NCBI GenBank assembly: GCA_965261085.1 | Contig: OZ253442.1 | Coordinates: 3,584,001 to 3,648,000 of the forward strand | Direction of reading: 5' to 3' | DNA: 64,000 nucleotides | Source: a bacterium | GTDB taxonomy: Bacteria > UBA8248 | Part shown: in pieces, positions 46,817-57,011 of the stretch | How positions within the stretch are numbered: position 1 is the first letter of the stretch | How the letters are laid out: each line of letters starts with the position of its first letter | Notes under the pieces: generated by a model | What the model saw: only the letters and a program-made list of their open reading frames with translations | Databases searched by the model: none | What the model was told of the DNA's origin: nothing | Position numbers and translations under genes: made by a program

Positions 46817-49149
46817 TTGGATAATACCCTCATCATCGTTTTCTTCCCGTTCGCAGCCGCCCTCATCATCCCCTGGTTCGCCGAGCGTTTCAGGAAACAC
46901 GCCGCATGGTTCGCCGTGGCCGCCCCGCTCGTAAGCCTGTGGGCGCTCTTTGACCTTTACGGCGAATGGGCGGCCGGCGGACAGAAGACCATCACGCACG
47001 CCATCGCCTGGGTCCCTGCGGCGAACGTGGAAATATCCTTCATGGTGGACGGCCTGAGCCTCATGTGGGGTTTTCTGGTGGCGGGCATGGGCGCGCTCAT
47101 CGTCCTGTATTCGCACTGGTATTTACACGAACACGAGGCCTTGGGGCGCTACTATGGTTTTCTCATCGCGTTCATGGGCTCGATGCTGGGCGTGGTGTTC
47201 GCGGATCACCTGATCGCGCTCTTCATCTTCTGGGAACTCACGAGCATCACCTCGTTTTTCTTGATCGGCTTCTGGTCGGACAGGAAGGCGTCCAACTACG
47301 GGGCCACCAAGGCCATCCTCATCACGGGCGGCGGTGGCCTCGCCATGCTGGGAGGTTTTTTGCTCTTAGGCGATATGGCGGGTGAATGGCGGCTCTCGCA
47401 ACTCGTGCTCACGCCGGGGCTCGCGAAAGAAATATCGCTCGGCGTCTTTTTGCTCATCATCCTGGGAGCGGCCACCAAGAGCGCGCAGTGGCCCTTCCAC
47501 ATCTGGCTGCCGAACGCCATGGAAGCGCCCACGCCCATCAGCGCCTTCCTGCACTCGGCCACCATGGTGAAGGCGGGCATCTATCTGCTCTCGCGCTTTT
47601 ATCCGATTCTGGGCGCGCATCCCGCCTGGGGCTACGTGGTGACGGGCTTCGGCATGACGACGATGATAGCGGGCGGCATACTCTCGCTCAGGGCCTATGA
47701 CTTAAAGGCGATTCTCGCGTACGGAACCATCAGCCAGCTCGGCCTCATCGTCACCTTCCTGGGCTTCGGCGGCAAGGGGGCCGTCATCGGCGCGACGCTT
47801 CATCTGTACAACCACGCGGCCGCCAAGGCGGCGATGTTCATGACGGTCGGCATCATCGACCACGAGGCGGGCACGCGCGACGTGAGGCTGTTGGGCCACT
47901 TAAGAAAATTGATGCCGAAGACGCACATTCTGGCCGTCATCGCCGCGCTGAGCCTCATCGGTATACCGCCCATGGGCGGCTTCATCACCAAGGAGATGCT
48001 CTATGGGGCGAGTCTCCACCCAGGCGGCCCCGGAAGCTGGGGGTGGTTCTGGCCGTATCTGACCGTCTTCGCGGGGGTGTTCACGGCGCTCTATCACCTG
48101 AGATTTTTAAGCGAGCCCTACTGGCAGGCGGCGGAAGGAGAAGCGCCCAAACATCCCCACGACCCGCCCCTGGGAATGCTGGCCGCGCCTGGGGTTCTCG
48201 TTCTCATGGCCCTGGCCTTTGGACTCGCGCCGTGGCTAATCGAGCACTCCCTCGTCGCGCCGGCGGCGGAGGCCACCCTGGGCGGCGGAGCGCATCTGGA
48301 GCTTCATCTTGCGCTCTGGCACGGGGTGAACGCGCCGCTCGTGATGTCAATTTTCACGATGGCGCTGGGCTTGGCGCTCTACTTCGGTTTCGCACAAGTG
48401 AAAGCGGTGCTGGATGCAGTCGCCCGCGCCTGGGGGAATGCCCCCGCCCCGAACAGAATATATGACGCCTCCATCGACTGGCTGCGAAACGGCACGTGGG
48501 AGATTCTCCTCTTAATCCAGGACGGGAATCTGAGGCGGTACATGCGCTGGATGCTTGTCCTGCCCACCGCGGCCGCGCTCTACCTCGTCTGGCGGATGGA
48601 TTGGGGGGCGAAGGTTTTCCCTGAGAATTTCGCGGGCGCATCGTTTCTCCTGGTCGCGATCGCGGTGATGATCATGGCCGCCGCTCTCGCCACCGCGCTC
48701 TTCAAGCGGAGAATCTCTGCGATTCTCGCCCTGGGCACGATGGGCTACGGCATCTCGGGGCTCTATCTGCTCTTAAAGGCGCCCGACTTGGCGCTCACGC
48801 AGATCATGATCGAATCGGCCTCGGTCGTGCTGTTCCTGCTGGTGTTCTACTACCTGCCAGAGCTCAAGCCCGTCCCGCGCTCGGTGGCCAAGAAGGTGAG
48901 GGATTGGGGCATCGCGGTAGCCCTGGGCGTCTGCGCGACGCTCGCCATGGCCGCCGCCATGAACACGCACAAGTTCCGCACGATTGCGGATTACTTCATG
49001 CGCACGAGCAAGCCGGTGGCGGGCTTCAAGAACGTGGTCAACGCCATCATCGTCGATTACCGGGGGTACGACACGCTGGGCGAGATCACCGTGCTGGTCA
49101 TCGCGGGGATAGCCATCTACGCCATCGTGCGGCTGGTGGGAGGAATGAA

Positions 49150-49162
<13 letters not shown>
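46817..49162 (+). CDS. mrpA: Na+/H+ antiporter Mrp subunit A
   Basis: [53 protein letters not shown]. Confidence 0.95.
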
Positions 49163-49575
<413 letters not shown>

Positions 49576-49656
49576 GGTAAGAAAACCCGCAGAGGCGGGC
49601 GGCGGCATGGACCCCCGCCACCTCTCGGGACGCAAAGGCGCTAAGGAGATATAAAA

Positions 49657-50007
49657 GTGATCTGGATACTGGCGATGATAATCGGCGTGCTGGTGACGGT
49701 GGCGTCCTACCTCATCATGCAGCGCAGGATCATCCAGGTGGTGCTCGGCATGGCGGTGCTCAGCCACGCCACGAACCTGATGATCGTCGCCTCAGGCTGG
49801 GTGGGAGACGGTAAAGCGCCCATCGTGCCCAAAGAGGGCGGCCCGCTCGACCCGTTCGCCTACGTCGACCCCCTGCCCCAGGCCATGGTGCTCACCGCCA
49901 TCGTCATCAGCTTCGCCGTGACGGCGTTTCTGCTCGTCCTCGCGTTTTTCACTTACCGCAAGTTCCAGACCGACGACATCGACGAGATCAGGAGGCTTCG
50001 GGGATGA
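49657..50007 (+). CDS. mrpC: Mrp subunit C
   Basis: DPLPQAMVLTAIVI. Confidence 0.95.
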   Translation: MIWILAMIIGVLVTVASYLIMQRRIIQVVLGMAVLSHATNLMIVASGWVGDGKAPIVPKEGGPLDPFAYVDPLPQAMVLTAIVISFAVTAFLLVLAFFTYRKFQTDDIDEIRRLRG

Positions 50008-51479
50008 ACGCCATATTCCCGCTGTTCGTCGTCTGGCCGCTGGCCACGGGCACGCTCTTGTTCCTCCTCCGCAAGAGGAGCGCGCTACAGGAATCCCTGA
50101 GCATGCTCGCGCTGCTGGTGAACCTGATCCTGGCGGTCGCGCTCTTGAGCGCGACGGCGGACGGGACGATTTTCGTCCACAGAATGGGCCTCTGGCCCTT
50201 CCCCTACGCCATCGTTCTGGCCGCCGACAGGCTCACCGCCACGATGTTGTGTCTTTCGGCCTCCATCGTGGGGGCGTGCGCCGTTTTCGCCAGGAGCTAT
50301 CTCACGGATGCGCAGCGAAAAGAGGTGTTCCTCCCATTGGTGCACTTCCTCCTGATGGGGATACAGGGGTGCTTCATCACGGGCGATCTGTTCAACCTCT
50401 TCGTTTTCTTCGAGGTCATGCTCATGGCCACCTACGCGCTGATGGGGTTCTACTACAACCTCGATCAGCTCGAGATGGCCTTCAAGTACACCTGCCTGAA
50501 CCTGATCGCATCGGCCTTTTTCCTGCTGGGCGTCTCGCTCCTCTACGCCCAGGTGGGCACGGTGAACATGGCGGACCTGGCCGAGAAGATAAAACTCCTG
50601 GGGCCGACGCCCCTCATCGTGGTCACCGCCCTGGTCTTCGTGTTCGTCTTCAGCGTCAAGGCGGCCATTTTCCCCATGCACCTCTGGCTGCCCTCGGCGC
50701 ATTCGATATCGCCCACCCCCATCAGCGCCATCCTGGCGGGCGTACTCGTCAAGGTGGGCATCTACGCCATCATCCGCTGCGCCACGCTCATCTTCCCGGC
50801 CGCGTTCCTGATACTCCAGCCGGGGCTCATCGCCCTCTGCCTGTGCACCATCGCCATGGGAGCGCTCGGCGCCCTGCCCCAGACGAGCCTAAAGCGTATC
50901 CTGGCCTACAGCACCATCAACCAGTTGGGCTACATCGCCTTCGGTATCGCCCTGCTCTCACAAGCCGGACTCGCGGCGGCGGTCTTTTACATCGTCGGCC
51001 ACGCGTATCTCAAAAGCGCGATGCTCCTGGGCGCAGGCCTGAACCAGAAGCTCACCGGCACGGTGGATCTGGATGAGATGGGCGGCATGATGGGCAAGGC
51101 GCCCTTCGCGAGCCTGCTCATGCTGGTCGGCTTCCTGTCCCTGGCGGGCTTTCCGCCGTTCGCGGGCTTTTTCGCCAAACTCTTCGTGCTCCAGGCGGGA
51201 TTCTCCCAGGGCGCGATACTCGCGACGGGAATCGCCCTGGGATTCGGCGTAATATCGATTTATTATAATTTCACGACGTACCAGCGCTACGCCTGGGGAA
51301 CGGGCGGCGGCGAGGTCGGCGCAGCAAGCGCGGGCCTTTACGGCTCGTTCGCCTTTCTCTCGGCCTTCGCGGTTCTCTTCGGATTGGGCGCCTACTGGCT
51401 CTTCGAGTGGGCGCAACTCGTGGCCGCCCAGCTCACGAAGCCCGAACTCTACATCGCCGCCATGCGGGACCTCGGATAA
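50004..51479 (+). CDS. mrpD: Mrp subunit D
   Basis: TGDLFNLFVFFEVML, KAAIFP..WLP, KVGIY. Confidence 0.93.
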   Translation: MNAIFPLFVVWPLATGTLLFLLRKRSALQESLSMLALLVNLILAVALLSATADGTIFVHRMGLWPFPYAIVLAADRLTATMLCLSASIVGACAVFARSYLTDAQRKEVFLPLVHFLLMGIQGCFITGDLFNLFVFFEVMLMATYALMGFYYNLDQLEMAFKYTCLNLIASAFFLLGVSLLYAQVGTVNMADLAEKIKLLGPTPLIVVTALVFVFVFSVKAAIFPMHLWLPSAHSISPTPISAILAGVLVKVGIYAIIRCATLIFPAAFLILQPGLIALCLCTIAMGALGALPQTSLKRILAYSTINQLGYIAFGIALLSQAGLAAAVFYIVGHAYLKSAMLLGAGLNQKLTGTVDLDEMGGMMGKAPFASLLMLVGFLSLAGFPPFAGFFAKLFVLQAGFSQGAILATGIALGFGVISIYYNFTTYQRYAWGTGGGEVGAASAGLYGSFAFLSAFAVLFGLGAYWLFEWAQLVAAQLTKPELYIAAMRDLG

Positions 51480-51491
51480 GGGGAAGGCCTG

Positions 51492-51965
51492 ATGTCGCTC
51501 GCCACGCTCGCATTCACCATCGCCACCATCTGGATATTCCTGCACGGAAGCGCTACGCCCGGGCATTTCTTCGTCGGGCTGATCATGGCGGCCCTCATCA
51601 TCCGGTTCCTCAAAAAATCCTACTACCAGGACAGGACGTTTCTCCGCATCGGCAACTATTTCAGGTATTTGGGAAGTTTCACCTGGGAGTTGTTCATCGC
51701 GAACTTCCAGGTGCTGAAAATCGTGCTCTCGCCACGGTTGTCGATTCGCCCGGGCATCATCTCCTACAAGACGATGTGCAAGACGCCCCTGGGCGTGACC
51801 ATGCTGGCCAACTCCATCACCTTGACGCCCGGCACGCTGAGCATAGACGTGTCTGAGGATCACGAGACGATTTTCGTCCATACGCTGGACATCGACCACC
51901 CCGACGAGGTGGTGGAGAGCATCCGCAAGGGGTTGGAAGAACCCATCGTGGGAGCCGTGGAATGA
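51492..51965 (+). CDS. mrpE: Mrp subunit E
   Basis: ANSITLTPGTL. Confidence 0.95.
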   Translation: MSLATLAFTIATIWIFLHGSATPGHFFVGLIMAALIIRFLKKSYYQDRTFLRIGNYFRYLGSFTWELFIANFQVLKIVLSPRLSIRPGIISYKTMCKTPLGVTMLANSITLTPGTLSIDVSEDHETIFVHTLDIDHPDEVVESIRKGLEEPIVGAVE

Positions 51966-52231
51966 TACAGGCGGCCGTACAGATAAGCCTCGTCATGCTG
52001 GGCGTCTCGGTGATCCTGGCGTTCATCCGCCTCATCAAGGGGCCCACGACGTCCGACCGCGTGGTGGCGGCGGACACCCTCGCCACGAACGTGCTCGGCG
52101 TCATCGCGCTGTTCGCCATCCAGACGCACAACAAGCTGTTCATCATCGCCGTACTCGCACTGGCTATCCTGAGCTTCGTCGGCACCACGGTGTACGCGAA
52201 ATTTTTGGAGAGGGGGAAAATCATTGAGTGA
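51962..52231 (+). CDS. mrpF: Mrp subunit F
   Basis: GPTTSDRVVAAD. Confidence 0.93.
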   Translation: MIQAAVQISLVMLGVSVILAFIRLIKGPTTSDRVVAADTLATNVLGVIALFAIQTHNKLFIIAVLALAILSFVGTTVYAKFLERGKIIE

Positions 52232-52595
52232 CGTTCTCGCCGCCGCCTTGTTGCTGGGAGGCGCGTTCTTCATGCTGGTCGCCAGCATAGGCCTCCTGCG
52301 CCTGCCCGACGTCTATTGCCGCATGCACGCCGCCACCAAGGCCACGACCTTCGGAATGGGCGGCATCCTCCTGGGCGCGAGCATCATTTTCCAGAGCGTT
52401 ACCGTCACGACACAGGCGTTTCTGGCCGTTTTCTTCCTGTTCCTGACGGCGCCCGTCGCCGCGCACCTGATATCGAGGGCGGCTTACAAGCGCGGCCCCG
52501 ATCTGTGCCCCGAGACCACACACGATGAATACGGGAAATACCTGGAGGGGCAACAGGCGGAGGAAGAGTCTTCGTCTGAAGATGGGAAAGCGTAG
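52224..52595 (+). CDS. mrpG: Mrp subunit G
   Basis: GLLRLPDVYCRMHAATK, TAPVAAH. Confidence 0.94.
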   Translation: MSDVLAAALLLGGAFFMLVASIGLLRLPDVYCRMHAATKATTFGMGGILLGASIIFQSVTVTTQAFLAVFFLFLTAPVAAHLISRAAYKRGPDLCPETTHDEYGKYLEGQQAEEESSSEDGKA

Positions 52596-52841
52596 CAAAA
52601 CTCCGCAAATTGGGACTGTTGAAAAAGTCTCGATGAACGAGGGTTTGACGCGACCGATGAAAAAGCAAGAACCACTCCCCCCTTGAGGTCAATGCCGACC
52701 AATGCGGGAGGGATTGTTGAACAAGCCGAGCAGTTTGCGCGAAGGCTGATGCGTGGGGGGTCAATTCTGAGCGAGGAGCGAGGAATTGCTGACTGAGGAA
52801 GGAGGGCTGCCTGACTTAAATGGAGCAATCGCTCCCTTCTC

Positions 52842-54363
52842 GGGGTTGTTGAATAACCCGGTTTCGGGAGCGGGCGGTATGGAGGGTCACGCGGCGGCGG
52901 ACAGGAAGCCCGCGCAGCTTGCGAGGCCGCGATGGACGCACAGAGGCTCTTCCCGGGCCGACCAGGCCCTCCAGAGGGCGAATAACCTTGCAGCAAGTGC
53001 GGCGGAGAGCCGCTTGAGGTTGATCGCCGCCGCCGTCAGGTAGGACTGTATCTTCATGTTCTCAAGACCGCGCCGCACCGCGCGCGCAAGCCCGTGCCAG
53101 GTCTTCGCCTCGCCGTGGTAGCCCTCCGAGCGCCACATATGACGCCGGTACATCCGCCGCTCCTCCTCCCTCCATCGCGCATGGCGCCGGCGCGCGCGCA
53201 ACAGCGCCGGATACGCATGCGGAACCAACACCACCTTGCTCGACCACGCCTTCGGCAGGCAATCCTCGCGAAGCGCGCAGCCCGCGCAATCACGGGTCTT
53301 CGAACGATAATAACGCCCCCCCTTTGCGGGCCGACGGGGGCTCAGTATCTTGCCGCGCGGACACTTCACGATGTCGTGCCGCGCGTCGTAGCGGAACAGG
53401 CGCAACGGAACACGGCTCTGCGAGGGTTCCCTCTTCGCCGGAATGAGCGCGGCCACACCCCGGCGCTCCAGGGCCGCGTAGACCTTCGAGTAGGCGTAGC
53501 CAGAGTCCGCCGTCACCATCGCGGGCGCGCGCCCCGATACCTCGCATACCGCTTCCACCTGCGATTCGAGCACCTCACGCTCGTTCACCGTACCCTCCGT
53601 CACCGATACGTCGAGCACCACCCCGCGCGTGTCGTCCACCACAGCGTGCTGCTTGTAGCTCGGCTCGAATCCCCCGCCCGTTCTCGCCAGCCGCGCGTCC
53701 GGGTCCGTCCGGCTCACCTTCCCGGAACCCCCGCCACGGCGGCCTCCTCCACCCTTCTTCCCGGCCTCCTCCTCGACGGGGTTCTCCGCTATCACCTCGT
53801 CCACGTGACGCTCCACCAGACTCTCCCAACTCACGTCCGCGCGGATCAATGAGGCGTCCACGTGCACGACTTCGGCCTTGGCCACCTTCGCATCCAGGCA
53901 CGCACGGACCGTGCGGCGGAATATCTCCCGGAACCGGGCCTCCCCCCAGCGCTGCCGTATCCGCGTCAGGCTCGAATGATCCGGCAGCCGATCCTCCAGC
54001 CCGTAACCGATGAACCACCGGATCGCGATGTTCACCTGCGCCTCGCGCATCAACCGACGGTCGTGCACGAACCCCAGCAGAAGGCCCGCCAACATCAACC
54101 GAACCGCCACTTCGGGGTCGATCCCAGGACGGCCGTTGTCCGCGCAATAACAATCCGCCACTTCCTCGCGCAGCCAACTCAGGTCCAGAACGCGGTTCAC
54201 GCGGGCCAATATGTGATCCTCGGGAATCAACCTCTCCAGCGAACCGGTGATGAACAAATCCATCTGGGCGCGGTTCTTGCGTCCCAACATCGCGGATATT
54301 CCCTTCTCGGGCGCGTAATATCCATACATCCAAGCATAGAGTCAGGGGTTTTTCAACAACCCC
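52842..54363 (-). mobile_element. IS1182-family insertion sequence, copy 2 (1522 bp)
   Basis: Inverted copy of 39675-41196; own 5-bp TSD TTCTC. Confidence 0.93.
52887..54290 (-). CDS. IS1182-family DDE transposase
   Basis: Protein identical to copy 1. Confidence 0.92.
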   Translation of the reverse strand: MLGRKNRAQMDLFITGSLERLIPEDHILARVNRVLDLSWLREEVADCYCADNGRPGIDPEVAVRLMLAGLLLGFVHDRRLMREAQVNIAIRWFIGYGLEDRLPDHSSLTRIRQRWGEARFREIFRRTVRACLDAKVAKAEVVHVDASLIRADVSWESLVERHVDEVIAENPVEEEAGKKGGGGRRGGGSGKVSRTDPDARLARTGGGFEPSYKQHAVVDDTRGVVLDVSVTEGTVNEREVLESQVEAVCEVSGRAPAMVTADSGYAYSKVYAALERRGVAALIPAKREPSQSRVPLRLFRYDARHDIVKCPRGKILSPRRPAKGGRYYRSKTRDCAGCALREDCLPKAWSSKVVLVPHAYPALLRARRRHARWREEERRMYRRHMWRSEGYHGEAKTWHGLARAVRRGLENMKIQSYLTAAAINLKRLSAALAARLFALWRAWSAREEPLCVHRGLASCAGFLSAAA

Positions 54364-54433
54364 TTCTCGGTCGCGATTGACCCCCACCGGCGCGGCTGCG
54401 GACTCCGTCCTTGACTTGCCGACTCCCCCTCAA

Positions 54434-54626
54434 GGGGTTGTTGAAAAAGCCCCCCTGACAAGGGGGGTTGGGGGGTTCATGGCAAGGAAGGATGGGGGGG
54501 GAGTCGGAGGGAATAGTACTTTACCCGTCCCGCTCGCCCTCCCTCGGCTGGAAACCAACCCCCCTGGCCCCCCTTGTCAGGGGGGGTAAAGGCCATGCGC
54601 CCGACGAGGGGTTTTTCAACAACCCC
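54434..54626. mobile_element. 193-bp MITE with IS1182-type ends
   Basis: Ends GGGGTTGTTGAAAAA / GGGGTTTTTCAACAACCCC; TSD CTCAA; internal CCCCCCTGACAAGGGGG inverted pair. Confidence 0.8.
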
Positions 54627-54820
54627 CTCAAAGGGGGGAGTGGTTTGGAATTCTCCCCTGTGGAGGATGCTCGACCTTCTAAGGGGGGAGTCATTCCGTA
54701 AGCGTATATCGATTGGGAAATCCATCCCCTGTTTTTGGGGGACTTTTCCAACAACCACAAATTAGAGAGAATTGCCTTGTTTTTGTCACTCCAACCCATT
54801 GACACAGAGGAACGAGACTC

Positions 54821-55420
54821 ATGAACCGATTTGCGAAGCATGCAGCGGCGCTCATCGCGGCGGCATGGCTGACGACTCCTGCCCTCTCGAACGCCGCCGA
54901 GTGGAGAATCGACCCCGCCCACACGACGGTTACCTTCAAGGTGCGTCACCTGGGAGTCACCTGGGTGCGGGGGGAATTCCAAAAAGTATCGGGCAAGGTC
55001 CGCTTCGACCGGAAGAACCCCGGAGCCACGAAGGCGGATATCGTCATCGACGCCGCCTCGATCAATACACGGAACGCGCGGCGCGATAACCATCTCCGGA
55101 CCGACGATTTCCTGCTCGTCGAGAAACACCCCTACCTGACGTTCAAGTCCAAATCCGTGAAAAATGCGGGATCGGACACCCTCGACCTGATCGGAAACCT
55201 GACCATCCGCGGCGTCACGAAAGAAGTGGTCCTGAAGATGGTCGATATCAGCGGGGAGGTCAATATGCCGGGCGGGACCGTCAAGATGGGCGCGAGCGCC
55301 ACCACCCGGATCAACCGTAAGGATTTCGGGGTGAAGTACAACCGCCTGATCGAAGCGGGCGGGCTCGTCGTGGGAAACGAGGTGCATATCACCATCGACG
55401 TGGAGTTGAACAAGGTATAG
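54821..55420 (+). CDS. YceI family (polyisoprenoid-binding) periplasmic protein
   Basis: Signal peptide; WRIDPAH, RDNHLR..DF, GNLTIRGVTK, INRKDFG. Confidence 0.92.
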   Translation: MNRFAKHAAALIAAAWLTTPALSNAAEWRIDPAHTTVTFKVRHLGVTWVRGEFQKVSGKVRFDRKNPGATKADIVIDAASINTRNARRDNHLRTDDFLLVEKHPYLTFKSKSVKNAGSDTLDLIGNLTIRGVTKEVVLKMVDISGEVNMPGGTVKMGASATTRINRKDFGVKYNRLIEAGGLVVGNEVHITIDVELNKV

Positions 55421-55565
55421 CGCGACTACGGTCCGCCCGGAAAACCTCGAAGCGAGGGCCGCGGGTGACCGCGCCGGCTTGTCATTCCCGCACCACCTGC
55501 GGCATACATTGCGCTACTGTTGAGATGTTTTTGTGATATAATCATGCAACCTGAGATAAACCTCA

Positions 55566-55584
55566 TTCATTGAGAATCATTGAC
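55566..55584. promoter_or_regulatory. Weak Fur-box-like site upstream of the Fe3+-family ABC operon
   Basis: TTCATTGAGAATCATTGAC, 12/19 match to GATAATGATAATCATTATC. Confidence 0.3.
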
Positions 55585-55631
55585 GCTACATGACATGAGT
55601 CCCCTTTAGAGAAAACAAGGAGGATAAACCA

Positions 55632-56981
55632 ATGGCTATCCAGAGAAAGACTCTCGTCGCTATCGCCTTCGGCCTTGCTCTGGCCGTCCTGGCAGCGCCT
55701 TTCGGTGCGGTCGCGCTCGAGAAGAAACTCGTCATCGTCACTTCCTACCCACCGGATACGACGACCACGGTAAAGAAGGCTTTCGAGAAGAAACACCCCG
55801 GCGTCAAGGTCGAGATGCTCAAGAAAAAGACGACGGCCGGCATCAAGTATTTACAGGAGACCGCCTCCAACAACAGGTCAGACATGTTCTGGGCCTCAGC
55901 ACCCGATGCCTTCGAAGTACTCAAGGGCGACAACCTTCTGCAAAAGTACAAGGTCAAGATGAAGGGCATTCCCAAGAAGGTGGGCGCCTTTCCGATCAAC
56001 GACCCTGAGGGTTACTACAAGGGGTTCGCGGCGTCCGGCTACGGCATCATGTGGAACACCCGCTACCTCAAGGCCAAGAAACTGCCCGCGCCCAAGACCT
56101 GGGCCGACTTGGCCATGCCCGTCTACCATGGCCACGTCGGCATGAGCGCGCCGTCTCGTTCCGGCACCACCCACCTGACGGTGGAGACTCTCTTGCAGGG
56201 CAAGGGCTGGGAGAAAGGCTGGGCCGGGTTGAAGGCCATCGCCGGCAACTTCAAGACCGTCACCGAGCGCAGCTTCGGCGTGCCCGACGGCGTCAACTCG
56301 GGTCAGTTCGGCCTCGGCATCGTGATCGACTTCTTCGGCTTATCGTCCGAGGCTTCGGGCTTCCCGGTCAAGTTCATCTACCCGCCGGTGACGACCCTGG
56401 TGCCCGCGAACATCGCCATCGTCAAGAACGCGCCGCATCCCAAGGCCGCAGCGGCGTTCATCGAATTCCTGCTCTCGCCCACCGGCCAAGAAGTCCTTCT
56501 CGACCCGAAAATCAGGCGACTGCCCGTGAACCCGGCTACTTACGCCAAAGCGCCCGCCGGCTTTCCCAACCCGTTCAAGGACAAGTCCATCGGCGCTGCG
56601 GTCAAGTTCGACCTGCAAATCTCCAAAAACCGCTACAACGTGATCAACTCCCTGTTCGACGTGATGGTCACCTACCGCCTCAAGGATCTGCGCGCGGCGA
56701 CCAGGGCGATTCAGATAGCCGAGGCGCAAATGGGCGGCAAGTCCAACATGGCGGCCAAGAAACTGATCGACCAGGCCAAGGCGCTGGTGGCCAAGGTGCC
56801 CATCACCGCCGCCCAGGCGAGCAAAAAGGACTTCAACCGGATATTCAAGAAGAAGCGCAAGAAGGCGACCACCAAGGTGACGGGCCGTCAGGCCGAGATC
56901 GAACAAGCCTGGGATACCGAGGTCAAGGCCAACTACTCCAGCGCCAAGGCGCTGGCCGAGAAGGCGGCGTCCATGCTGTAG
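55632..56981 (+). CDS. ABC substrate-binding protein, Fe3+/PgtC-like family
   Basis: Signal peptide; P.TWADL..P, APSRSGT, AAAFIEFLLS. Confidence 0.85.
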   Translation: MAIQRKTLVAIAFGLALAVLAAPFGAVALEKKLVIVTSYPPDTTTTVKKAFEKKHPGVKVEMLKKKTTAGIKYLQETASNNRSDMFWASAPDAFEVLKGDNLLQKYKVKMKGIPKKVGAFPINDPEGYYKGFAASGYGIMWNTRYLKAKKLPAPKTWADLAMPVYHGHVGMSAPSRSGTTHLTVETLLQGKGWEKGWAGLKAIAGNFKTVTERSFGVPDGVNSGQFGLGIVIDFFGLSSEASGFPVKFIYPPVTTLVPANIAIVKNAPHPKAAAAFIEFLLSPTGQEVLLDPKIRRLPVNPATYAKAPAGFPNPFKDKSIGAAVKFDLQISKNRYNVINSLFDVMVTYRLKDLRAATRAIQIAEAQMGGKSNMAAKKLIDQAKALVAKVPITAAQASKKDFNRIFKKKRKKATTKVTGRQAEIEQAWDTEVKANYSSAKALAEKAASML

Positions 56982-57011
56982 CCCTCGCGCTGGTGCGGAG
57001 AAGGGGGAAGA

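Larger units (their letters stand above)
52670..54645. repeat. Long palindromic element (CTCCCCCCTTGAG family) hosting IS1182 copy 2 and a MITE
   Basis: Ends AACCACTCCCCCCTTGAG / CTCAAAGGGGGGAGTGGTT; internal GCGAAGGCTGATGCG and CCCCACCGGCGCG blocks shared with 25303-25576. Confidence 0.75.
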
